From IMG/VR virus record IMGVR_UViG_3300012931_000759, positions 276,393 through 340,392 of that record: a stretch of 64,000 bases of DNA; one strand, written 5' to 3'. Positions 28,814-38,184 of the stretch are shown here, piece after piece (position 1 is the first letter of the stretch; each line of letters begins with the position of its first letter). The notes beneath the pieces were generated by a model. It was not told the DNA's origin and did not search any database. It was given only the letters and a program-made list of their open reading frames with translations. Made by a program: the position numbers and the translations under genes.

Positions 28814-30216
28814 GCGAGATTTCGCTGGACCTGAGGATGCTGGCGTACGCTCTTTCTGACAAAAGGATCCTCCTTGCCATGGCGACCACTGTGCGTGGAG
28901 AGCACTTCAATCCGGAATTTCGGGTACTGTGGGAGTTGGTCTCCAGGTGCTTTGCGAAGTACAAGGACATCCCCACGGCCAACGTACTTGAACATGTTGC
29001 CGACCTGGCGTGGGAGCAGCTAGTCGAGACATACCGCCGGGTTCTTGAGGCTATTCCATTGATCGACAGGCGGGAATATCCGGTCGACCTGGAGAAACTC
29101 AAGGCAAGGGCAAACGACAATATTCTCCGTAGGATGGGACAGCACGTCTACCAGAAGAACTGGAATGGACACGGGTTCGATAACCTACATGAGGCGAACA
29201 AGGCGTTACGTGAAACGGTCTCTAAGCTGGATCAGCTGTACAAGACGGAATCCTACAAGGAAGGCTCTTTGGCAGGGACTGCCTCCGAGGCCTGGGGTAA
29301 GTACCAGCGCACGAAACGTGATCCGGCCTCTGCCGCCGGGATTCATCTTGGATTTGCCGAGTTCGATCGCATCACTAACGGGATCAGGGAAGGCGAGCTT
29401 CTGCTCATTGGCGGCGAGTCCGGCACGGGCAAGTCGGCGCTCTCGATGAACATGGCTGTCAACGCGTGGCTTGGGGCCAACAAGGTGCCGACCGATCCGG
29501 ACGCGGATCCTAAAAACTTCGCTCCCGGCCGTGCGGTGGTGTACTTCTCGATCGAGATGCCCTACGAAGCCCTTGAGAGGCGGCTCCACGCGTGCGTTGC
29601 AGGGGTGCCACTTTACGGCATACGTGACGGCACGCTAGATGTAGCAGAGGAGGCCCGCTACCTGGCCGCCCTTCGGTTTATACAAAAGTACCCGCACCAG
29701 TTCCACATCATCGACATACCGCGCGGCGCGACCATGCGGTACATCGAGACCAAGTACCTGGAGCTATGCCAAGACAATACCGATGATCCCATCCATCTGT
29801 CTGTGGTCGATTACCTGAACCTGATGTCCATGGACGGCGAGGATGAGGGCGGCCCTGATTGGCTAAAAATCGGGAAACTGGGCGAGCAAGCGCATGAGTT
29901 CACCCGCGTCCATGGTACGCCCATGATCTCTCCGGTTCAACTAAACCGCCCGCCCAAGGAGGAGGCAGCAAGGGCCGCGAGGCCGGATCAGGATCGGATA
30001 GCGCGCAGCCTGATGCTGGTCCAGAACGCTAATATGGTTCTAAACATCGAGAAGCGCAAGGATGAGCATTTGACAAAAGACATGAGAGTTCACATAGTGA
30101 AGATGCGCGACGGCGAACAGGGCCTTTTCACCCTACAGAAGAGGCTGGATGCCATGCGGCTGTTCGATGACCCCACGGACTGGACACCCGGATCGTATGA
30201 GGCTGGAAACAATTAG
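28810..30216 (+). CDS. dnaB: Replicative DNA helicase
   Basis: GGESGTGKS, YFSIEMP, VVDYL, QLNR, KMRDGE. Confidence 0.9.
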   Translation: MSEISLDLRMLAYALSDKRILLAMATTVRGEHFNPEFRVLWELVSRCFAKYKDIPTANVLEHVADLAWEQLVETYRRVLEAIPLIDRREYPVDLEKLKARANDNILRRMGQHVYQKNWNGHGFDNLHEANKALRETVSKLDQLYKTESYKEGSLAGTASEAWGKYQRTKRDPASAAGIHLGFAEFDRITNGIREGELLLIGGESGTGKSALSMNMAVNAWLGANKVPTDPDADPKNFAPGRAVVYFSIEMPYEALERRLHACVAGVPLYGIRDGTLDVAEEARYLAALRFIQKYPHQFHIIDIPRGATMRYIETKYLELCQDNTDDPIHLSVVDYLNLMSMDGEDEGGPDWLKIGKLGEQAHEFTRVHGTPMISPVQLNRPPKEEAARAARPDQDRIARSLMLVQNANMVLNIEKRKDEHLTKDMRVHIVKMRDGEQGLFTLQKRLDAMRLFDDPTDWTPGSYEAGNN

Positions 30217-30231
30217 GCGGGGAAAAAGGCC

Positions 30232-30519
30232 ATGCCGATATATGACTACATTTGCGAGGAATGCGGCCACGTCTTCGAGGAGTTTGCGCGTATCACGGAT
30301 CCTCCGATTAATAAATGTCCGGCCTGCGGCCTAACGGGACGCGTATGTCGCCTAATCTCGAGCGGCACAGTTGGCACAGTAGAGATGAACGGTCGGGAGT
30401 ACTTCAATCGTGTCTTAGAACCGGAGGCCAAGCGGATCGCCGAGAAGATTAAGCACGGGGATGATGCCGCAATCGCTGATGTTTTTGGCGAGGGCCCTCC
30501 TGCAAAAAAAGTCGGTTGA
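30232..30519 (+). CDS. FmdB-family zinc ribbon protein
   Basis: MPIYDYICEECG..FE...CPACG...RLIS. Confidence 0.85.
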   Translation: MPIYDYICEECGHVFEEFARITDPPINKCPACGLTGRVCRLISSGTVGTVEMNGREYFNRVLEPEAKRIAEKIKHGDDAAIADVFGEGPPAKKVG

Positions 30520-30544
30520 ATTCCGGCTGCCCTGTGCGTATAAT
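30516..30544 (+). promoter_or_regulatory. Sigma70-type promoter upstream of prkA
   Basis: TTGAAT(30516-30521)-17 nt-TATAAT(30539-30544). Confidence 0.6.
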
Positions 30545-30614
30545 CTCTTTAAACAGGGGAAGGATTGCGTCCCGCTCCGGCCAAAGGCCGGGAAAAACCG
30601 CGAAAGGATGGAGC

Positions 30615-33600
30615 ATGGAAGTGATCAACACCGGCAAAAAGGGCAAGAAGACCAAGGATCAGGAAGAGACGGCGGAGAACGGGGCGCTCGACCTTGTTGC
30701 CCTCATTGAGCAATGTGCGGCCGAAGAGGATCTTGAGCCATGGGAGGGCACGCTTCGCGATTATCTCCCGATGGTACAGGATGATTGTACACTGGCGGAC
30801 ACGGCCCACGCAAGGCTGTGGCGCATGATTGAGACAGTCGGCATCAAGTTCGACGACAAGGATGAGCGGAAAGAGCATCCCGAGTACAGCTTTTTCACCA
30901 ACGAGTTGTTCGGCATCAATGACACGCTGGCCAGCGTCATGGAATATCTCAGGGCTGCCGCAGCTGGATCCGACGTCGCCCGGCGAATCCTGCTCCTATA
31001 CGGGCCCACGAGTTCCGGTAAATCGCAGTTCGCAATCCTCCTTAAGGAGGGTCTGGAGAAGTTCTCGCGCACCAAGGCCGGGCGCATGTTTGCCCTCAAA
31101 GATTGCCCGATGCACGAGAACCCCTTGAACGCGGTGCCCAAGGCTGCGAGGGAGCAATTGAAGGCTAAGTATGGCCTCAATATTGAAGGTGACTTGTGTC
31201 CGCGCTGTGCCTACAGGCTCAAGACCGAGTTCAACGGCGACTTCATGGCTCTGCCGGTCGAGCGCGTGCTCCTGTCCGAGGCCAACCGAGTGGGTATCGG
31301 CACGTTCCAGCCGGCCGATCCCAAGTCGCAGAACCAGTCCGAGCTGACGGGCTCCGTCAACTTCGCCAAGCTGGCCGAGCTGGGCTCGGAGTCGCACCCG
31401 CTGGCTTTCGACTTCAACGGCGAGCTGAACAAGGCCAACCGCGGCATGATGGAGTTCATCGAGCTCCTGAAGGTGGACCGCAAGTTCAGGCACATCCTCC
31501 TGACGCTGGCGCAGGAGAAGCGCATCAAGGCACAGAATTTTCCGCTCATTTTCGCGGACCTAGTAGTAATCAGCCATAGCGTGTCTGGCGATATGCCTGT
31601 TCCCTATAGAGAGAATGGGTTGGTTCGATTTACCACAATGAGGCAACTGTGTGATGCCAACAACACCAACATCGAGGTTCTTGCTGCCGATGCCAATGGC
31701 AAGCCCGCATGGACGAAAGTGAAAGGATTCTATCGTCACCAGTTCTCTGGCAAAATGGTGAAGACCGTACAGGTTGATGGTGTTGTCAACACTACTTGGC
31801 ATCATTCTTTGATTGGCAAGGCGGACAATGCGCCTTTTCTGCCCGAAACGCTTCAAGATGTCCTGGCATTCAGGAATGTTCCTGAACAAACCGAACTTGG
31901 GACATTCGATGTTCCGGTTCCCGATTCGTTGTCCTATTTACCCGTTAATACCCCAGGTATCTTGTCCACGGATTGCTGTGTTCCCGAGCAATCCTTTGCT
32001 CGTGTTAAACCAACTGGCAACAAGAAAAGTGATGGAGAATACGGCAAATATTGGATCAAAACTCGCTACGATTCTTGTTCCGAGGAAGCGAAAGACATTG
32101 TTGCTCTTCTGTGTTGGTATGCTACAGAGGGTCATGTCTCGAATGAGCATGCGATCATTTCCCAAGCCAACCTGGAAACTCTATTTTCCCTGAAGAAGAG
32201 AGCGGAGAGGGTTTCTTCAGCCATAGGGTCTGTGTTTGATCGATCGGATGAGGAGGATCACACTAGCCGCCTTCACCTTTCGGCAAGGGTGTGGCGGGAA
32301 ATTCTTGAGCACAATTGCGGAAGATATAGCGAAAACAAGCGTTTGCCAGATTTTGTGTTCAATTTGCCTCGTGAGTTGCGTGAATTCGCTTTACGAGAAC
32401 TCATAAAGGGAGATGGTCAGACTATGCCATCGTTCGCATCCTGCGAGGAATATGCCAAAAAGTACTTTGCCTTCAAAACGACAAGCATTATTCTGGCAGC
32501 CCAATTCTGCTATTTGGCAAGTTCGCTTGGGTACGATTTTGGCGTACATCATGGATATACGAAAAAGGGAAAGGATTTCTTTGGCATCAATTATCGGGAA
32601 CGAACGAAGCCCATACTAAGGAAAAACAGGATCGAGACCGTTGAGGTGTCCGACAGCGAAGTATTCGATATCGAATGCGTGGACAATCATTCTTTTGTGG
32701 CTGGCGTTGGCAACCTTGTTTGCCACAATACGAATGAGACCGAGTACCTCAAGTTCCTCGCCCAGAAGGAGGAGGAAGCGCTCCACGACCGCCTGTGGGT
32801 CATCAAGTTCCCCTACAACCTGCGCCTCGAGGACGAGATCAAGATCTACGAGAAGCTCATTTCCAGGGCGGCCGGGTTCCAAGGTATCCACATCGCGCCA
32901 CACACCCTGCGCGTGGCGGCGATGTTCGCCATCCTGAGCAGGCTGGAGGAGTCCAAGGACCAGAAGTTCACCCTGCTGACCAAGATGCGCCTGTACAACG
33001 GCGAGAAGGTCGACGGGGCCGGCAAGGAGGACGAGAAGAGGCTGCGCGAGGCTGCCGAGCGCGAGGGCATGGACGGCATCAGCCCCCGCTACATCGTGAA
33101 CCGCATCTCGGCCTGCTTCACCAAGCACGGTCGGACCTACATCACCCCGATGGACATCGTCCGCAGCATCAAGGAGGGGTTCTCCACCAACGCCAAGCTG
33201 TCGAAAGAGGACATCTCGCGGTTCGAGAACATTATCACGACGGTGATGGAGGAGTACAACAAGATCGCAACAAACGAGGTTCAGAAGGCTTTCTTCCTGA
33301 ATTTCGAGCACGAGATCAAGGATCTGCTCAATAACTACATCGACAACGTTGGTGCCTATCTGGACGATGACAAGATCCAAAACCACTGGGGCGAAATGGA
33401 GGAGCCGAACCACCGCCTCATGAGGAGTGTCGAGGAGAAAATTGGCATCACCGACGGCGGCAAGGATGCTTTCCGCCAAGAGGTGTACCGCAAGATGATC
33501 AAGAGCAAGAGCGAGACGGGCGACTACGACTACCAGAACCATCCGCGCCTGAAGGAGGCGCTACAGAAGCAGTTGTTCGAGGAGCGCAGCGACATCATCA

Positions 33601-33752
33601 GGCTGACGGTGTCCGTGCGGAATCCTGATGCCGATGCGCTCAAGCGGCTGAACGAGGTCATCAAGACCTTGAGCGAAAAATGCGGTTACACTCCGGAGAG
33701 CGCCAATGATTTGCTGCGTTATGTCAGCAGCATATTGGCGAAAAACAGCTAG
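30615..33752 (+). CDS. prkA: PrkA/YeaG AAA+ protein kinase, intein-containing
   Basis: LLLYGPTSSGKS, CPMHENPL, GIGTFQP.D, GELNKANRGMMEFIE, H|TNETEY, HIAPHTL, EGMDGISPRY. Confidence 0.92.
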   Translation: MEVINTGKKGKKTKDQEETAENGALDLVALIEQCAAEEDLEPWEGTLRDYLPMVQDDCTLADTAHARLWRMIETVGIKFDDKDERKEHPEYSFFTNELFGINDTLASVMEYLRAAAAGSDVARRILLLYGPTSSGKSQFAILLKEGLEKFSRTKAGRMFALKDCPMHENPLNAVPKAAREQLKAKYGLNIEGDLCPRCAYRLKTEFNGDFMALPVERVLLSEANRVGIGTFQPADPKSQNQSELTGSVNFAKLAELGSESHPLAFDFNGELNKANRGMMEFIELLKVDRKFRHILLTLAQEKRIKAQNFPLIFADLVVISHSVSGDMPVPYRENGLVRFTTMRQLCDANNTNIEVLAADANGKPAWTKVKGFYRHQFSGKMVKTVQVDGVVNTTWHHSLIGKADNAPFLPETLQDVLAFRNVPEQTELGTFDVPVPDSLSYLPVNTPGILSTDCCVPEQSFARVKPTGNKKSDGEYGKYWIKTRYDSCSEEAKDIVALLCWYATEGHVSNEHAIISQANLETLFSLKKRAERVSSAIGSVFDRSDEEDHTSRLHLSARVWREILEHNCGRYSENKRLPDFVFNLPRELREFALRELIKGDGQTMPSFASCEEYAKKYFAFKTTSIILAAQFCYLASSLGYDFGVHHGYTKKGKDFFGINYRERTKPILRKNRIETVEVSDSEVFDIECVDNHSFVAGVGNLVCHNTNETEYLKFLAQKEEEALHDRLWVIKFPYNLRLEDEIKIYEKLISRAAGFQGIHIAPHTLRVAAMFAILSRLEESKDQKFTLLTKMRLYNGEKVDGAGKEDEKRLREAAEREGMDGISPRYIVNRISACFTKHGRTYITPMDIVRSIKEGFSTNAKLSKEDISRFENIITTVMEEYNKIATNEVQKAFFLNFEHEIKDLLNNYIDNVGAYLDDDKIQNHWGEMEEPNHRLMRSVEEKIGITDGGKDAFRQEVYRKMIKSKSETGDYDYQNHPRLKEALQKQLFEERSDIIRLTVSVRNPDADALKRLNEVIKTLSEKCGYTPESANDLLRYVSSILAKNS
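31578..32729 (+). mobile_element. Intein (Ser1...His-Asn, +1 Thr) with LAGLIDADG endonuclease in prkA
   Basis: SVSGD start, TTWHHS block B, WYATEG and LIKGDG motifs, VFDIEC..NHSF...CHN end; removal restores VISH-TNETEY; lower GC. Confidence 0.9.
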
Positions 33753-34334
33753 ATGGCCAATGAGATTTGTGCCAGATGCGGCAGACCGAGAAAAGTGGCC
33801 GAAAGAACGCCAGATGGTCCAATTTGCCACAACTGCTACAAAAAAGAGCACATTGAGCCATGCCGGTTCTGTGGGAAACAGAAAGCAGTTGCTGCCCGAG
33901 ATGATAACGGCGCGGCCATCTGCGACAACTGTAACAAAGAACACAACAAATGTTCGTGTTACGTGTGCCATGAAGTTAGACAAGTTCGTGCGCGTGCGGA
34001 AAACGGACAGCCACTGTGTCTTGCTTGTCATCGTTTGACTAATCTTGGACAGTTTTTCGCATCGTACAAGAGAGGAGCCAGCCTGCGCGGTCATATATTC
34101 GAACTCACGTTGGATGAGTTTGAACAATTGGTGCGCAGGCCATGCTGGTACTGTGGACGCTACAACCGGGGAGAAATTTTCAGCGGCGTGGACAGAATCG
34201 ACAGTTCATGCGGCTATGTTCGAACCAATGTGCTACCGTGCTGCGGCGAGTGTAACCTGATGAAAGGTTCCTTGTCCAAGGACGCGTTCCTTGCTAGCAT
34301 TGTGCGCATAGCCAGACATTTGGAAAACAAATGA
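33753..34334 (+). CDS. HNH endonuclease with three tandem N-terminal zinc-ribbon repeats
   Basis: CARC..CHNC, CRFC..CDNC, CYVC..CLAC; then FELTLDEF..PCWYCG..GVDRIDS..GY..NVLPCCGECNLMK. Confidence 0.75.
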   Translation: MANEICARCGRPRKVAERTPDGPICHNCYKKEHIEPCRFCGKQKAVAARDDNGAAICDNCNKEHNKCSCYVCHEVRQVRARAENGQPLCLACHRLTNLGQFFASYKRGASLRGHIFELTLDEFEQLVRRPCWYCGRYNRGEIFSGVDRIDSSCGYVRTNVLPCCGECNLMKGSLSKDAFLASIVRIARHLENK

Positions 34335-35500
34335 ACGACTCCTACAAGGACATCTGGGAACTCCGACAGCCCGGTCGACGCGACTCAGAACGCCATAAGG
34401 TGCGTATCAGAAAGGCTATCAAGGAGAACCTACGGGAGCTGATCGCGGAGGAGAATATCATCTCCTCCGACGGCAAACGCAAGGTCAAGGTTCCGGTGCG
34501 CTACCTTGATATGTGGCGATTTAAATTCGGTCCTAATTCTAAGTCCAAGGATGTTGGTCATGGCGAAGGTGATCCTGGCGACATCATTGCCAAGGAAGGC
34601 AAGGGGAAAGGTAATAAGGCAGGTGACCAGCCGGGTGAGGAGTTGTACGACGAGGAGGTCGAACTAGCCGAAATCGTGGACATGATGCTGGAAGACCTCG
34701 GCCTCCCATGGTTAAAGCGGAAAGAGAATCAGGTCGAGATCGAGACAGAAGAGATGGTTTTCCACGACATCGCCGAGAAGGGTCTTCCCCCGAACGTCGA
34801 CCTGAAGCGGACACTCATCGAGAACCTGAAGCGGAACTCTATCGCCGGGAAGCCCTCGTTCGGCAAGATTGTGCCGGACGATCTGCGGTACAGGGTGTGG
34901 GAGAATGTGGTAGAGAAGCACTCTAACGCATCTGTAATCCTAATCATGGACCGCTCCGGGAGCATGACGGACGATAAAAAGTATATCGTGAAGTCTTTCT
35001 TCTTCTGGATGGTTAGTTTCCTGCGCATGAAATACGGGAATGTGGAGGTCGTCTTCATCGCGCACGACACCGAGGCCAGGGAGGTGGGGGAGGAGAACTT
35101 CTTTGCCATCTCTGATGGGGGAGGCACGCGCATCAGTTCCGGGCTGGAGCTGGCCAAGACGATCATCGAGACTAGGTTCCCCACAAACATCTGGAATAAC
35201 TACGTCTTCTCGTTCTCGGACGGCGAGAATTGGGATACGGACAACGAGCGCTGTATAGCCATGTTCAGAGAGTTACTTGGGATGTGCCAGGCGGTTGGAT
35301 ATGGGGAGGTGTCGTATACCGATCAGTTCTACAGCTGGTCCTCGTGGCGCGGCCACTGGTCGACCCTCCACGATGCCATTAAGGAGGCGGACGACCTAGT
35401 TGGGGAACCGAGATTCCTACAGGCGGCAATCGTGAAGCGCGAGGACCTATACGACTGCCTGCGTCAGTTTCTGGATGTCGACGGGAAGGAGAAGCCATGA
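34331..35500 (+). CDS. yeaH: YeaH/YhbH (DUF444) vWA-domain protein
   Basis: D.ERHK.RI..AI.ENL, DLRYR, MDRSGSM, FIAHDTEA, GGTRISS, FSDGENW. Confidence 0.92.
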   Translation: MNDSYKDIWELRQPGRRDSERHKVRIRKAIKENLRELIAEENIISSDGKRKVKVPVRYLDMWRFKFGPNSKSKDVGHGEGDPGDIIAKEGKGKGNKAGDQPGEELYDEEVELAEIVDMMLEDLGLPWLKRKENQVEIETEEMVFHDIAEKGLPPNVDLKRTLIENLKRNSIAGKPSFGKIVPDDLRYRVWENVVEKHSNASVILIMDRSGSMTDDKKYIVKSFFFWMVSFLRMKYGNVEVVFIAHDTEAREVGEENFFAISDGGGTRISSGLELAKTIIETRFPTNIWNNYVFSFSDGENWDTDNERCIAMFRELLGMCQAVGYGEVSYTDQFYSWSSWRGHWSTLHDAIKEADDLVGEPRFLQAAIVKREDLYDCLRQFLDVDGKEKP

Positions 35501-36966
35501 GGGACAGTCGCATCGTTGACTTGGAGCAGCTGGCGCGCAAGAACGGGCTCGATTTTTTCCCGGTGGTATTCGAGGTCGTAAGCGAGAATACGATGAACAA
35601 CGTGTGCGCCTACGGCCTGCCCACCAGGGCCAGGCACTGGAGTTACGGTCGTTCGTACGACCACCAGCGGATCTATGGGGAGATGGGGTTTTCGAAGGTG
35701 TTCGAGATGATCACCAACAACGATCCCTCGTACGCATTCGTCCTGGATAGCAACACGGAGGCCCAGAACCTCCTGATCGTGGCCCACTGTTTCGGGCACA
35801 GCGACTTCTTCAAAAACAATATAACATTCCAGGGCAGTGACCGCAACATGGCGCGGCATGCCGCGGAGCACGCCAACAGGATCGATGAGTACATCGAACA
35901 ATACGGCCTAGATGCGGTCGAACGCCTGATGGATATCGGTTTCAGCCTCGATTCCCATATCGATGTCCACAAGGGGCTGTATCGTAAAAAGTACCCAAGG
36001 AGGCACATCGAGGAGCGCCGGGTGAAAGCGAACGAGTTCGACGACCTGGATCCAGCCAAGGCTAGGCGGCCCTCCATGATCCGCGAGGTGGTAAACGCCA
36101 CCATGCCTCCTCACCCAGAGAGGGACTTGTTGTGGTTTTTCATCCAATATGCGCCATTGGAGGACTGGGAGCGCGACATTCTCGACATCGTGCGTGAGGA
36201 GTCGTTCTATTTCTATCCACAACGCCTAACCAAAATCATGAATGAAGGCTGGGCCGTTTACTGGCATGCTGAACTTTTACACCAATACAAGAATATCACG
36301 CCCGAGGAGATGATCGATTTTGCGCGTACCCACGAACGGGTTGTTCAGCCGGGAAACCCGTTCGACATTAATCCGTACTATCTCGGTTATAGAATCTACA
36401 AAGACATAGAGAAGCGCTGGGATAGGATGTATGCCGAGGGCGAATCGTCCATCACGGGCCGCCAGAAAATTTTCGAGGTTCGGCGTGACGAGGACGACGT
36501 GTCATTCCTGCGCAACTACCTGACGGCCGACTTGGTCCAAGAGCTGAAGCTATTCACCTTTGGGCGCGAGAACGAGGAGCCGGATCAGGACGAGGATGAG
36601 GAGGTCCTGTACGAGATCAAGAGCCGTATGCGCGAAGAAGTTGTCGAGGCCTTGGTGAAACCCCGGTACAATAACTGGGCACCCAAGATCGTGATCACGG
36701 ACGCAAGCTCCGAGAAGATCTGCCTGCGGCACGAAAGTGAGGAACTGGGCACGCTCAATTTCCGGTACGCCGAGCATATGCTTGAGTACGTTTGGGAGCT
36801 TTGGGCTGCGCCCGTGGAGTTGCGGACCAAGGACGACAATGGCAGGGAGGTTGTGCTCCTGTTCGACGAGGCTGGATTTTCGCAGCGAACACTTGAGGAG
36901 GAGTTTGACCTCGATGATGATGGAGACGAGGAAAAGGACGAGGGTCCGTTCAAGAAGACCCCTTAG
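35497..36966 (+). CDS. spoVR: SpoVR/YcgB family protein
   Basis: HWSYG, AHCFGHSDFFKNN, LEDWERDIL..VREE..YFYPQ..TKIMNEGWA..WH, NPYYLG. Confidence 0.93.
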   Translation: MRDSRIVDLEQLARKNGLDFFPVVFEVVSENTMNNVCAYGLPTRARHWSYGRSYDHQRIYGEMGFSKVFEMITNNDPSYAFVLDSNTEAQNLLIVAHCFGHSDFFKNNITFQGSDRNMARHAAEHANRIDEYIEQYGLDAVERLMDIGFSLDSHIDVHKGLYRKKYPRRHIEERRVKANEFDDLDPAKARRPSMIREVVNATMPPHPERDLLWFFIQYAPLEDWERDILDIVREESFYFYPQRLTKIMNEGWAVYWHAELLHQYKNITPEEMIDFARTHERVVQPGNPFDINPYYLGYRIYKDIEKRWDRMYAEGESSITGRQKIFEVRRDEDDVSFLRNYLTADLVQELKLFTFGRENEEPDQDEDEEVLYEIKSRMREEVVEALVKPRYNNWAPKIVITDASSEKICLRHESEELGTLNFRYAEHMLEYVWELWAAPVELRTKDDNGREVVLLFDEAGFSQRTLEEEFDLDDDGDEEKDEGPFKKTP

Positions 36967-36977
36967 CGGAGGAAAGT

Positions 36978-37538
36978 ATGGCAAGGGTTTGTATCACCGG
37001 GCACCGCCCGGATCCTTTTCTGGTGTCGCATTACCAACTTGAGGCTGTGGAACGTCTCGCTGGCAATGTTACCTGCGCGCTCAAGCGCGAGTACGGCGAC
37101 GAGCTGATGTTCAACTTAGGTGGAGCTGTGGGCGCTGACCAATGGATGGGCGCTGCCGCCATTGAACATGGCGTGAAGTACAGCCTATTCCTGCCGTTCT
37201 TGCCACAGATCCAGGCCCGTTACTGGGACGAGCAGCAGCGCGACGAACTTGACCGCCAGATGAAGGGCGCCGCTAAAATCGTGATCGTAGATCCATCGGG
37301 CCAATACGACGTTGCCAAATACTACGAGCGCGACCGCCTGATGGTGGACGAGGCCGATTTTGTCGTGGCGTTCTGGGTCGGCCGTCGACGCGGAGGCACC
37401 TTTGAGACGATGAAGTATGCTCTATCCAAGTCGAAATTTGTACTCAACGCCATGGATCACCTGCGTCCTGTGTTCAAGCAGGACTTGGAGAGCGGATGGA
37501 CTCCGCCACACTTGAGAGGGGAAACCGAAGATGAATAA
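36978..37538 (+). CDS. YspA/DUF1273-like SLOG-fold protein
   Basis: CITGHRP, GGAVGADQW, LPF..Q...W, RDRLMVD, GGTFET..YA. Confidence 0.8.
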   Translation: MARVCITGHRPDPFLVSHYQLEAVERLAGNVTCALKREYGDELMFNLGGAVGADQWMGAAAIEHGVKYSLFLPFLPQIQARYWDEQQRDELDRQMKGAAKIVIVDPSGQYDVAKYYERDRLMVDEADFVVAFWVGRRRGGTFETMKYALSKSKFVLNAMDHLRPVFKQDLESGWTPPHLRGETEDE

Positions 37539-38175
37539 TGGGGTCAAGACCCGTCGCTACCTTGTGAACAACGAGGAAATCCTTGTGCTGATTGAATCCT
37601 GGCGGAATGCTAACCAGCACGAGAAAACCAAGCTTGCGAACCAGGTAGTTTCTCGTCTCGCCTTCCTTGTTCACTCCAAGATTAGGCTCCACAAGGGGTC
37701 CCCACTGTACGACGATCTCCTCCAGGAGGGGCGGCTAGGTATCATGAAGGCCCTTCAGGATTTCGAGCCTGAACGTGGCCGTAATTTTTTCATGTTCGCC
37801 ACTTGGCATATTCAAACTAGGGTGCGCCGACTACTTCTGCGCGAGGTGCGTCGTTGCGAGTCCCCGGCTGGAGATATGCTGCTGGTGGCCAAAAGTGTCT
37901 CCGAGACCCGCGAGCACCTCCTAGCGCAGGAGACCGGCACTGCCCTTGAGAGTCGGGAGAGCTGCGGTGCTATTATGAAAGTGCTGAGTTTCCTGTCGGA
38001 CAGCGACCGCAAAGTGCTAGTTATGCGTTTCGGCTTCGACGGCGAAGAGCCTCGTACATTCCAGCAAATCGGGAACGAACTTGGAATTTCCAAGCAGCGC
38101 GCACAGCAAATCGAAGCCGGTGTTTTGCGCCGTCTGCGCAGGAATAATGAGCTTATGGACCTAATTGGTGGGTAG
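37531..38175 (+). CDS. Sigma70-family RNA polymerase sigma factor (regions 2 and 4)
   Basis: DDLLQEGRLGIMKALQDFEPERG..F..FATWHI; MRFGFDGEEPRTFQQIGNELGISKQRAQQIE. Confidence 0.9.
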   Translation: MNNGVKTRRYLVNNEEILVLIESWRNANQHEKTKLANQVVSRLAFLVHSKIRLHKGSPLYDDLLQEGRLGIMKALQDFEPERGRNFFMFATWHIQTRVRRLLLREVRRCESPAGDMLLVAKSVSETREHLLAQETGTALESRESCGAIMKVLSFLSDSDRKVLVMRFGFDGEEPRTFQQIGNELGISKQRAQQIEAGVLRRLRRNNELMDLIGG

Positions 38176-38184
38176 GAGAGTGGT

